Shown here piece after piece: positions 29,528-38,364 of a stretch of 64,000 nucleotides of DNA (positions are counted from its first letter, which is position 1; each line of letters starts with the position of its first letter). A program made the translations under genes and the position numbers. A model generated the notes under the pieces. It was not told the DNA's origin. It was given only the letters and a program-made list of their open reading frames with translations, and ran no database searches. Source of the DNA: Fidelibacterota bacterium (lineage in GTDB: Bacteria; Fidelibacterota; Marinisomatia; Marinisomatales; Marinisomataceae); the NCBI GenBank assembly GCA_019650355.1, contig BOWX01000003.1, positions 38,996-102,995 on the forward strand. Direction: 5' to 3'.

Positions 29528-31605
29528 TTAAAACAATTCTTTCATCATTAAGAATAATTTTTTATTTATTTATACTAGTCTTAGTATATGTCTTTTACTT
29601 ATCAAGAGATTTGCCTTCCTTAGAACGATTAGAAACTTTTGATCCGGCTATGTTATCTACTTTATATGATAGAAATGGAGAAGTCATTGGGGAATTTTAT
29701 ATTCAAAAAAGAGTTTTTGTTGATATAGAGGATATGCCAGAACATTTAAAAAATGCTGCTATAGCTTCAGAAGATAAAAGGTTTTACTCCCATTGGGGAG
29801 TTGATTTACAAAGTTTCTTTAGGGCTGTGGTTGTAAATATTTCATCAATGAGTTTTCGTCAAGGATTTAGTACGCTTTCTCAGCAGTTAGCTAGAAATCT
29901 TTACAAAGAAGTTGGATTCAAAGATAGTATCACCCGAAAACTAAAAGAAATGATAACAGCTATTCAAATTGAACGAACTTATACTAAAGATGAAATACTT
30001 GAAATGTACTTAAATACAGTTCATTTTGGTCACGGAACATATGGAGCTGAGTCAGCAGCTAAAAGATTTTTCAATAAAAATGCATCTGATTTAACTATAG
30101 GTGAGTCAGCAATGTTAGTTGGACTTCTTCCATCACCAGCAAATTATTCTCCACTTAGAAACCTGAATAAAGCGATAGGAAGAAGATCAATAGTCTTAAA
30201 GTTAATGTACAATCAAGATTTTATATCCTATCAAGATTACATGGAGCATAATAGTATAGTTCCTGATAATATTTATTATGAAATACCTAAAGGGAAAGCC
30301 CCATATTTTGCAGAACATGTGAGAAGAATTTTGGAACAACAGGATGAACAATTAGGAATTAATATTTATCAAGATGGATTAAAAATACATACAACTCTTG
30401 ATTACAGATTACAGAAAATAGCTGAAGACTCTGTAATGCAAACATTGAAAAAAAATCAAGATGAATTTAATCGCCAACTTTTTGCCAATAAGGAAAAATT
30501 TTCACAACTTGCCTACTTATCAATTTTTGATGCTGATTCTGTGAAAATGATGTTAGAGGGACAAGTAGAATTGTATGAAGAGCTTCGGAAAGAACTTCTA
30601 GTGCAGTGTGCTTTTATTGCATTGGATACTAAAACAGGTGAGATTTTAGCAATGATCGGTGGAAGATCAGATTATCCTGATGAATTTAATCGTGCTACTC
30701 AAGCTTTAAGACAACCGGGTTCCGTCTTCAAGCCCTATATATATACTGCAGCGATAGATAATAATTATCCTGTAACAACACAACTTTTAAATCAACCAGT
30801 TGCTTTGTATAGGAATAATGCAAAAGGCGAAAGAGAAAAGTGGACGCCTGGTAACTATGATAAAAGTACTGGAGGATTGACAACACTTAGAGAAGGTCTT
30901 CAAAAATCTCTAAATTTAATTTCAGTTAGAATGGTCCAAGAACTTGTTCCTCCAAGGCAAGTAAAAGACATTGCACAACGAATGCAAATCACAACTCCTA
31001 TTAGAGCAGTTGATTCAATAGCTCTTGGTACTTCAGAAGTAAAGCCAATTGAGATTGTGGCTTCATATTCTACTTTTGCTAATAAAGGAATTTATTCTAG
31101 CCCAATTGCTATAACGAGAATTGAAGATAAGTATGGTAGAATTATTAAAGAATATTCAATAGATCAGAAAGAAGTTTTAAGTCCAGAAACTGCTTACATG
31201 GTAACAAATTTGCTTCAGTCAGTAGTCGACAGCGGCACCGGAGGAAGTTTAAGATGGAAATATAAATTTAGACACCCAGCTGGTGGTAAAACTGGAACAA
31301 CTCAAAACTTGAGCGATGCCTGGTTTGTTGGATTCACACCTAATATTACTGCTGGAGTATGGTATGGAATTGATGAATATTCTGTAAGTTTAGGTGATGG
31401 TCAATACGGTGGGGTTGCTGCACTTCCAGCTTGGGCTTCATTTATGAAAAATGCTCATAATGAACTAAACATTTCAAAAGATAAATTCGAAGTACCAGAT
31501 GGAGTTGTCGAAGTTGAAATCGATTCTGACACAAAACAATTACCAACTAACAGAACTAAAAATTTGGAGAAAGAGTATTTTCTTCGATCTAACGTTCCTC
31601 AGTAA
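29524..31605 (+). CDS. mrcA: Bifunctional penicillin-binding protein 1A (glycosyltransferase + transpeptidase)
   Basis: GT51 motifs ASEDKRFYSHWGVD and RKLKEM. Transpeptidase motifs SVFKP, SLN and KTGTT. ATGA overlap with fumC. Confidence 0.85.
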   Translation: MIKTILSSLRIIFYLFILVLVYVFYLSRDLPSLERLETFDPAMLSTLYDRNGEVIGEFYIQKRVFVDIEDMPEHLKNAAIASEDKRFYSHWGVDLQSFFRAVVVNISSMSFRQGFSTLSQQLARNLYKEVGFKDSITRKLKEMITAIQIERTYTKDEILEMYLNTVHFGHGTYGAESAAKRFFNKNASDLTIGESAMLVGLLPSPANYSPLRNLNKAIGRRSIVLKLMYNQDFISYQDYMEHNSIVPDNIYYEIPKGKAPYFAEHVRRILEQQDEQLGINIYQDGLKIHTTLDYRLQKIAEDSVMQTLKKNQDEFNRQLFANKEKFSQLAYLSIFDADSVKMMLEGQVELYEELRKELLVQCAFIALDTKTGEILAMIGGRSDYPDEFNRATQALRQPGSVFKPYIYTAAIDNNYPVTTQLLNQPVALYRNNAKGEREKWTPGNYDKSTGGLTTLREGLQKSLNLISVRMVQELVPPRQVKDIAQRMQITTPIRAVDSIALGTSEVKPIEIVASYSTFANKGIYSSPIAITRIEDKYGRIIKEYSIDQKEVLSPETAYMVTNLLQSVVDSGTGGSLRWKYKFRHPAGGKTGTTQNLSDAWFVGFTPNITAGVWYGIDEYSVSLGDGQYGGVAALPAWASFMKNAHNELNISKDKFEVPDGVVEVEIDSDTKQLPTNRTKNLEKEYFLRSNVPQ

Positions 31606-31606
31606 A

Positions 31607-32956
31607 TTAATTTTTTTCGTTTGATAGTTTAAGAACTATTATTCCGCTAATAAAAAGAACAATATTTGGGAGCCAAGAGCCTAATCCAGGGTTTAAAAGA
31701 CTTCGATCAGCTAATTGTTCACCCCATATGAGTAAAATATAATACACCAAAAAGAATGCTATGCTCAAACCTGAGGCTATAGTCATTCCTCCATTACGGA
31801 CAAGAATTCCAAGTGGTGCACCTACCATGGTAAAAAGAATACATGCTAGTGCTAGAGTAAATTTTTTATGAATCTCTACTTTGAATTTATTATTAGTCTT
31901 TTCATAATTTTCAATTAAAGTAAATTCATTTTTAAACTGTCTTGCATTATTTGTCAGAGATAAAATGTAATCCTTATTTTCAAATGCAGAAATTGTTACA
32001 TCTTCATTATAATCTCTTTCCTCTGTTACTACATTATTTTTTAATTTTTTTAAAAGCTCAATTTCATTTTCTATTATTGCCAGTGAATTTGCTTTAGGAT
32101 TTGTAATACCTATTTGTTCTTTCACTTTATCAATCCTATCATAAATTTTTGAGATTAAATCTTTATTTTTCTCTATTTCTTGAATCATTTGTGGGACTCT
32201 CATTTCTCTATCCGTACGATTTGACCCACTTGTTCTATTTAACATTAAGTCATCCATAGAAATAATTATTTGATGAGTTTTATATTTTATTTTTCTGTAG
32301 TAATCATAATCTGAAAGGTCTATTTCATGAATTTCACCATCACTTAAATTAATTGTAATCGTATTTCCATTTGAAGAGAGTGTGCCTTCATTAGCATAAA
32401 TTGTAGTTTGCTCAGAATCATTATTTTTACTAAAAATTTTAACATCTTTAAAATTTTTACCATCCATTTCTTTTACAATCATAGTATACTGAGGAATCAT
32501 ATCAACGAAATATCCAGGCTCAATGGATAATTCAGGCTTTTTCTTATAAATATCTTTTGCAAGAAGACGTGCATTATAATTCATTTCAGGTAAAATGAAA
32601 TTATTAAAAAGACATAATCCAATAGCAACAAAAGAACCAAACCATATTGCAGGCTTGATTATATTATAAAGATTCACACCAGCAGATTTTAATGCAGTAA
32701 TTTCATTTTGTTGCGCCATTCTTCCAAACGTCATTACACTTGATATTAAAAGAGACATTGGTACAGATAAAGCTATAATCCATGCGAGATTTAAATATAA
32801 GTACTCAAATATTGTTATCAAGTCTAACCCTTTTCCTAAAAAGCGATCAACTGCCCTTATAAGAAATTGTAAAAAAAGTACAGTAGTAATTACTGCGACA
32901 GATAGTACAAATGGAATGAAGGATTGTTTAAGTAAATATTTATTAAGTGTATTCAT
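31607..32956 (-). CDS. LptF/LptG-family (YjgP/YjgQ) permease
   Basis: Three TM helices at each end with a large periplasmic insert. The N-terminal LLKQSFIPFV pattern is typical of the family. Confidence 0.65.
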   Translation of the reverse strand: MNTLNKYLLKQSFIPFVLSVAVITTVLFLQFLIRAVDRFLGKGLDLITIFEYLYLNLAWIIALSVPMSLLISSVMTFGRMAQQNEITALKSAGVNLYNIIKPAIWFGSFVAIGLCLFNNFILPEMNYNARLLAKDIYKKKPELSIEPGYFVDMIPQYTMIVKEMDGKNFKDVKIFSKNNDSEQTTIYANEGTLSSNGNTITINLSDGEIHEIDLSDYDYYRKIKYKTHQIIISMDDLMLNRTSGSNRTDREMRVPQMIQEIEKNKDLISKIYDRIDKVKEQIGITNPKANSLAIIENEIELLKKLKNNVVTEERDYNEDVTISAFENKDYILSLTNNARQFKNEFTLIENYEKTNNKFKVEIHKKFTLALACILFTMVGAPLGILVRNGGMTIASGLSIAFFLVYYILLIWGEQLADRSLLNPGLGSWLPNIVLFISGIIVLKLSNEKN

Positions 32957-33036
32957 GTGAATTTTAAAATTTAACTCTACTTGTGTAAAAACCTAAACTA
33001 TAATAAGTTCCCATGCTTAAATTTATTAAGACATAT

Positions 33037-33110
33037 GGTGACTGTAGCTCAGTTGGTAGAGCCATCGGTTGTGGTCCGATTGGTCGTCGGTTCGAGTCCG
33101 ATCAGTCACC
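33037..33110 (+). tRNA. tRNA-His (GTG) with an encoded G-1
   Basis: The cloverleaf folds by hand. Acceptor GTGACTG/CAGTCAC plus G-1:C73. Anticodon loop TTGTGGT. T-loop TTCGAGT. No encoded CCA. Confidence 0.9.
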
Positions 33111-33120
33111 CTTATTATTT

Positions 33121-33195
33121 CGGGGCGTAGCGTAGTCCGGTTAGCGCACCTCGTTTGGGACGAGGGGGTCGCAGGTTCAAATCCTGCCGCCCCGA
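33121..33195 (+). tRNA. tRNA-Pro (TGG)
   Basis: Acceptor CGGGGCG/CGCCCCG. Anticodon stem CCTCG/CGAGG with loop TTTGGGA. T-arm GCAGG-TTCAAAT-CCTGC. No encoded CCA. Confidence 0.9.
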
Positions 33196-33270
33196 CAAAA
33201 TTTTAGTTAAGCGTCAAAATTCAAGATTGTTTTTCCTCAAAATATTTAAAAATAAAACGTAAAATATATT

Positions 33271-34134
33271 ATGACATTTCTTAAGAAAACAATTAAGAGT
33301 AACCAAAGCATAGAACTATATAAATTCAATGGAGAAAATTTTGTCAACTTACCTCAAAACTTCCATGATGAAAATACGATTAAGGTATGCTTTCTTGATC
33401 TTGAAACAACAGGTACAAATAAAGAATCATCTAAAATAATTGAATTTGCAGGAAAACTTGCTGCTATTAATAAGGAGAACGGGGATCTAATAGGTATAAT
33501 TGATAGTTACCAATCATTTAATGATCCTGAAGAGCTTATTTCACCAGTAATTACAAGAATCACTGGTATTACCAATAAAGATGTGGAAGGGCACTCTTTA
33601 GACTGGGAAATTATTTCTTCAATGCTCAATAAAGCTGATATTGTGGTAGCTCATAATGCTACCTTTGATCGAGGTTTTATGGATAGATATTTACCACTTT
33701 CAAAAGAAAAAGTTTGGGCATGTTCTGTGAATGATATTAATTGGGCACAAAGGGGTTTCAATGCAAAAGGCCAAGAAATTTTATGTATTTGGCACGGATT
33801 TTATTATGAATCACACCGAGCAATGTATGATGTAGATGCCTTAATCCATTTGGTCACATATGATGTCAAAGGACAAAATAAAGCATCGTTAGAGTTAATA
33901 TCAAACTCAGTCAAACCAACTTACAAAATTGCAGCAATTAATAGCCCTTACGAAACAAAAGACTTTTTAAAATTAAGAAATTATAGGTGGAACAGAGTAA
34001 AAAGATATTGGTGGAAAAATATCTTCATTGAAGATCTAGAAAGTGAAAAAGAATGGATGGCTGATAATATTTATAATGGACACTTTCAAGGTCAAGTTGT
34101 TGAAATTGAATTAACTGATAAATATAAATCTTAA
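33271..34134 (+). CDS. DEDDh (DnaQ-like) 3'-5' exonuclease with a Trp-rich C-terminal domain
   Basis: Exo I FLDLETTG. Exo II VAHNATFDRGF. Exo III HRAMYDVDAL. About 90 extra C-terminal residues (RNYRWNRVKRYWWK). Confidence 0.7.
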   Translation: MTFLKKTIKSNQSIELYKFNGENFVNLPQNFHDENTIKVCFLDLETTGTNKESSKIIEFAGKLAAINKENGDLIGIIDSYQSFNDPEELISPVITRITGITNKDVEGHSLDWEIISSMLNKADIVVAHNATFDRGFMDRYLPLSKEKVWACSVNDINWAQRGFNAKGQEILCIWHGFYYESHRAMYDVDALIHLVTYDVKGQNKASLELISNSVKPTYKIAAINSPYETKDFLKLRNYRWNRVKRYWWKNIFIEDLESEKEWMADNIYNGHFQGQVVEIELTDKYKS

Positions 34135-34145
34135 TCAATCACATT

Positions 34146-34358
34146 ATGAAACATTTAGAACAATCAAAGTGGACTGCAGTTAAAAAAATCAAAGATTGGC
34201 GCCATTATGAAGTATTAAACATCAATAAAAAAGAGCAAAAAGTTGAAATGTTTTCTGTATGTGCTAAAAAGATTAGAATTGAAGTAGCTTTTAAAGATCT
34301 TAAAGATAATTCTAAGTGGCAAAGGGGTTGGATTGAAATTGTCGAAGAAAGTTCTTAA
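34146..34358 (+). CDS. Small Trp-rich protein (TIGR02450-like)
   Basis: 70 aa. The SKWTAV ... HYEV ... KWQRGW pattern matches the small Trp-rich family as I remember it. Confidence 0.5.
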   Translation: MKHLEQSKWTAVKKIKDWRHYEVLNINKKEQKVEMFSVCAKKIRIEVAFKDLKDNSKWQRGWIEIVEESS

Positions 34359-34366
34359 TATTTAGA

Positions 34367-35437
34367 GTGATATCTTATTTAAAATTTTTTTTAACACCTT
34401 TTTACTTATTGTTAATGGCCACATCCTTAATAATTGATGGTTGGATTGGTCTTTCAATAGCTTTCATCGTTATACTATCAATTGTAATTGGGGAATTATC
34501 ATTTGGCGATGATATTTCAACTCCTAATTATCGATTTCCATTTCTTTTAGATTTCTCCCTATTCATAAACGTCCCATTATTTTTAATAGTTCTTTATTTG
34601 TATTTAGATAGAATCTCAAATACATTTGAAATATATTATTTATTCTACATTCCAACTCTGGGGTTATTAATGGCACTCAGTTTAATCAATATTGGACATG
34701 AATTAGTTCATAGAACTAGTAAAAAATTCGACTGTGAAGTAGGCAATTGGGCTCTTGCCACTGCATGGAATCCCGCTTTCGCAATTGAGCATGTTTATGG
34801 ACATCATAAAAATATTGGTGTAGTCGAAGAAGACCCTGTCACTGCAAGTCATGGAGAAAATCCAATTAGTTTTGCTTTTAAAGCTTTTTTTAAAGAACAC
34901 ACCCATGCATGGGGAATTGAAACCAGACAATTAAGGCGAAGAAAACAAAATATTCTATCTTTTCATAATAGAATTCTCAATGGTTACTTACGAACAGTAA
35001 TCGTTTTTTCTTTAATCGGATATTTTTTTAGTTGGCAAGCAATGCTGATTTATATCATTTTAGGTATTGTAGCAAATTACATTTTTCAATTAACAAATTT
35101 CATTGAGCATTATGGACTGGTACGTATTAAGGGTAAACCCGTTCAATACCATCATTCATGGAATTCAAATAATAAAATGACTAGCTATTTAACTTATAAT
35201 TTGACAAGACATTCAGATCATCATGTTCATGCACAAAAAGAATTTTGGGAATTAAATCCATGTGATAATACAGGAGTTGTTTTGCCATCTGGTTATTTAA
35301 CGTATATCCTTTTATTTACTTTTTTCCCTGCATTTGCTAAGTCTAAAATGGAGCCTAGATTAAAGAATTGGCATCAAAATTATGCTTCAGATGATGAAAA
35401 GTTATTGACCACCCATTATCTTGATTTTTCTAGTTAG
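34367..35437 (+). CDS. alkB: AlkB-type integral-membrane di-iron hydroxylase (alkane 1-monooxygenase family)
   Basis: All four AlkB/XylM histidine boxes are present: HELVHR, EHVYGHH, NFIEHYGL, LTRHSDHH. Multiple TM helices. GTG start in the ORF track. Confidence 0.75.
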   Translation: MISYLKFFLTPFYLLLMATSLIIDGWIGLSIAFIVILSIVIGELSFGDDISTPNYRFPFLLDFSLFINVPLFLIVLYLYLDRISNTFEIYYLFYIPTLGLLMALSLINIGHELVHRTSKKFDCEVGNWALATAWNPAFAIEHVYGHHKNIGVVEEDPVTASHGENPISFAFKAFFKEHTHAWGIETRQLRRRKQNILSFHNRILNGYLRTVIVFSLIGYFFSWQAMLIYIILGIVANYIFQLTNFIEHYGLVRIKGKPVQYHHSWNSNNKMTSYLTYNLTRHSDHHVHAQKEFWELNPCDNTGVVLPSGYLTYILLFTFFPAFAKSKMEPRLKNWHQNYASDDEKLLTTHYLDFSS

Positions 35438-35472
35438 CGGAAAGAAAATATTTTGCATATATTTTTCCTCTA

Positions 35473-36501
35473 ATGTTATCATCACAATTTTTAATTGATC
35501 AAAAACAATGTTGCGGTAATGGATGTATGATGTGTCCATACGAACCACGCCATATCAAAGGAAATGATCAATTACAAAAAAGATGGAATCAATCCAAAAA
35601 AAAATCGTATAATACTCACATGAATAAAATTAATATTCCAATGATAGGTCTTGGTACATGGCTTATACCAAATGATGAAGCAGAATTAATTACAAAAGAT
35701 GCAATTAATCTGGGCTATAAACATATAGATACAGCTGAAATATATCGTAACGAGGAAGGAATAGGGAAAGCCATAAAATCTTTATCTATTTCAAGAAATG
35801 ATATATACATCACAACTAAAATGTGGCCTGGAATGTCAAAACAAGAAGAACCATATCAGAATTACAAAGGTGCATTAAAGGCCTGTGAGCAAAGTTTAAG
35901 ATTGCTACAAGTTGATGAGATAGATTTATATCTTATCCATAATCCATTTGCGAAAGAAAATAGATTAGAGCTATGGGAAGCAATGGTAGAACTAAAGAAA
36001 CAGGGCAAAGTAAAACATATTGGGGTTTCTAATTATAATGTTCATCACATCAAAGAAATCGAGGAAGCAGGAATTGAGATGCCTGCTGCTAATCAAATTG
36101 AGATTCATCCATGGCATGTAATACCACAGCCTTTGGCAGAATATATGGATAAGCACGAAATTCTTCCAATTGCCTACTCTACATTAGCACCAATTCCTAA
36201 CTGGAGGGAAGGTTCAAGATGGAATGGAAAACCTGAAGATATGAAAAGTGGAGCAATGCCTTGTGAAGATATTGCAAATAAATATGGAGTTACAGTTCCA
36301 CAATTATTCTTAAAATGGGCAATTCAACTCGGATATCCTGTTTTACCAAAATCTGTCAAATATGATAGACTTAAAGAGAATTTAAGTTTAGATCATTTCG
36401 AAATTTCAATTGATGATATGACTTCAATTTCAAATATAGCAATTAATGAACAAAAATGTCTTGCTTGGTCCGGTGATTTTGATCCCTTGGATGTAGATTA
36501 A
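35473..36501 (+). CDS. Aldo/keto reductase with a ~49-aa N-terminal CCGxGCxxC extension
   Basis: AKR core from MNKINIPMIGLGTW, with HIDTAEIY, LYLIHNP and the catalytic-tetrad context. The in-frame N-terminal extension carries CCGNGCMMC (nt 35509-35535). Confidence 0.8.
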   Translation: MLSSQFLIDQKQCCGNGCMMCPYEPRHIKGNDQLQKRWNQSKKKSYNTHMNKINIPMIGLGTWLIPNDEAELITKDAINLGYKHIDTAEIYRNEEGIGKAIKSLSISRNDIYITTKMWPGMSKQEEPYQNYKGALKACEQSLRLLQVDEIDLYLIHNPFAKENRLELWEAMVELKKQGKVKHIGVSNYNVHHIKEIEEAGIEMPAANQIEIHPWHVIPQPLAEYMDKHEILPIAYSTLAPIPNWREGSRWNGKPEDMKSGAMPCEDIANKYGVTVPQLFLKWAIQLGYPVLPKSVKYDRLKENLSLDHFEISIDDMTSISNIAINEQKCLAWSGDFDPLDVD

Positions 36502-37256
36502 TGGGGTATAGTTACAATCCTATTGTAGGAGAGAATTGGAGATATAATCCTGATAAGACCTTCAAAATTAGTCGATCAAAAATTGAACTATATTTTAATT
36601 GTCCTACCTGTTTTTATAAAGATGCCAAACTTGGTTTGAGAAAACCACCTATGCCTGGATGGGCAATCAATAGCGCTGTTGATGATTTACTAAAAAAAGA
36701 AATGGATTTTTGTAGAGCTCAAGATCGTCCACATGGTATTTTTAAAGAAAATGGATTGAACATAAAACCATTCCAACATGAAGATATTGAAAAGTGGCAA
36801 CATACCTTCACAGGTATTCAATATCATGATGAAAAACATAATTTTTTATTATATGGCGGTGTTGATGATATCATGATTGATGAAGAAGATAAGCTTGTGG
36901 TTATTGATTTTAAAGCTACGGCCAAAAAAGCAGATATTTTATCATCCGCAGACGTGTATAATAATGGAGAGTCATACAAAAGACAGTTAGAAGTTTATAG
37001 CTGGTTATTGCAACAAAATAATTTTGATGTTTCTGACACTGGATATCTCATGTATTACAACGGAGATGCAAGTAAGCCTCATCTGGGAAGAGAAATGCAT
37101 TTTAGAAGAACTCTGGTTCCATTTACATTGGATACATCTTGGATAGGACCGCAAGTAGAAGAGATGTATAATTGTTTGCAGTTAGATGAAGCTCCTGACT
37201 TTAATAATTCAAACTGTGAAGATTGTTTATATCTTACAACTGTATCAAAGCTTTAA
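36501..37256 (+). CDS. PD-(D/E)XK (Cas4/RecB-like) nuclease family protein
   Basis: GGVDDIM...VIDFKAT (D...D/ExK). YKRQLEVYSWLL (QxxxY). Cys residues at both ends (CPTC; CEDC). Its ATG overlaps the AKR stop (TAATG). Confidence 0.65.
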   Translation: MGYSYNPIVGENWRYNPDKTFKISRSKIELYFNCPTCFYKDAKLGLRKPPMPGWAINSAVDDLLKKEMDFCRAQDRPHGIFKENGLNIKPFQHEDIEKWQHTFTGIQYHDEKHNFLLYGGVDDIMIDEEDKLVVIDFKATAKKADILSSADVYNNGESYKRQLEVYSWLLQQNNFDVSDTGYLMYYNGDASKPHLGREMHFRRTLVPFTLDTSWIGPQVEEMYNCLQLDEAPDFNNSNCEDCLYLTTVSKL

Positions 37257-37926
37257 TTTGCATATCCTGAAGGCTTTTCAAACATATAAATAATATCTAA
37301 TCCTTCAGATCTAGACATTCCTCCTGGATTCAATCCAAGTTCACCCTCCGGAATCTCATGATTTAATTCTTTATAATATTCTATCCAATGCACAAATGGA
37401 GAATTTGTACCAGGTTCATTGAATGTCATTGGATTTAATTGCATGATTTGTTGATTATTATCTGCAAACTGTAATCCTTCATAAATAATTTCAGAACAAT
37501 AATAGGTATCATCAGTAATATCAAAAATAAAATCATAAGGTTTTCCAAGTAGATTATCTTTGATGTGTTGAAGGGCAATTGGTATTAATTCAGCATGTTC
37601 TTTTTTCAATCTTCCAACAAGTACTTTATTGCTTCTATTTAAAATTCTTCCAAAGTGGTTTCTGTAACAGTTTCTCCAATGGCTTCTATTAATTTGGTAG
37701 TTTTAAGATTAGGTCCAACTTCAGTTATAATTGCACAATGAGATAAATTTGATCCCATATAACCTTGGGTTACTGCTTCAATTGCTTCACATGGTGGTCC
37801 ACAATCCAAGTCTTGAAAGAAAATATCACCTTCTTGAAAAGTAAATGATGGTTGACGCAACATGAGTGATACATAAAAAATGAAAAAACCACCCATTGCT
37901 ATGGGGAAAAGATGTTTAGCTGACAT
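37253..37926 (-). pseudogene. YiiX/YaeF-type permuted papain-like (NlpC/P60 superfamily) hydrolase, one frame break
   Basis: The N-terminal piece (GDIFFQD...SHCAII) and the C-terminal piece (YDFIFDITDDTYYCSEIIY) join as ...EEF-LNRSNKVLVGR if the T run (plus-strand A4, 37641-37644) is one base longer. Confidence 0.6.
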
Positions 37927-37929
37927 TAC

Positions 37930-38262
37930 CTAAGTATTATCAACTATTTTAATTTCTCTTCCAGTGTATTCATAGCGGTCAGGATCTGGCCATGCTTTAG
38001 CTACATCATGCCAATTATCTGAGGAACCATATTCTGTTTTTCTTCTTTCCATTGCTTCCTGGTATTCTGATTCTGAATTGAACCAAAGCTCTGCCATTCC
38101 ACAGCATCCATTTTCAATATCTTCTTCAAAAAATGTCAGAATATATTTTTGCGGCTTAAGAACGTTTACCATGTGAGGTGCATGGATATTTTCCCAGTGA
38201 TCAAAGAAATTAGAACGTTTAATTCCAGTTCTATTTTGAATAAAAAGTATTTTTTTAACCAT
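37930..38262 (-). CDS. EthD-domain-like small protein
   Basis: 110 aa. The FIQNRTGIKRSNFFDHWENIHAP and AELWFNSESEY pattern resembles EthD family proteins. Confidence 0.4.
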   Translation of the reverse strand: MVKKILFIQNRTGIKRSNFFDHWENIHAPHMVNVLKPQKYILTFFEEDIENGCCGMAELWFNSESEYQEAMERRKTEYGSSDNWHDVAKAWPDPDRYEYTGREIKIVDNT

Positions 38263-38364
38263 AATTGTCTCCTTAACGTAATAAAGATAACATCTTTTTT
38301 TTATTTACAACATCATTATTTGATACTTACATTGTTAGTTCATACAATTTTAGGAGATATAAAT

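Noticed and set aside
31607-32956. A large coiled-coil-like insert in the LptF/G-family permease as a novel domain.
   Set aside because: Long periplasmic inserts of this kind occur in FCB-group LptF/G homologues as far as I recall. I cannot show it is unusual without an alignment.
32957-38262. A tRNA-His/tRNA-Pro-adjacent genomic island or defence island (exonuclease, Trp-rich protein, AlkB, AKR, Cas4-like nuclease, YiiX, EthD).
   Set aside because: There is no integrase, recombinase or transposase. I could find no direct repeat of either tRNA 3' end downstream, and I saw no visible compositional break. The genes are metabolic or generic hydrolases. Individual oddities are kept as low to moderate findings instead.
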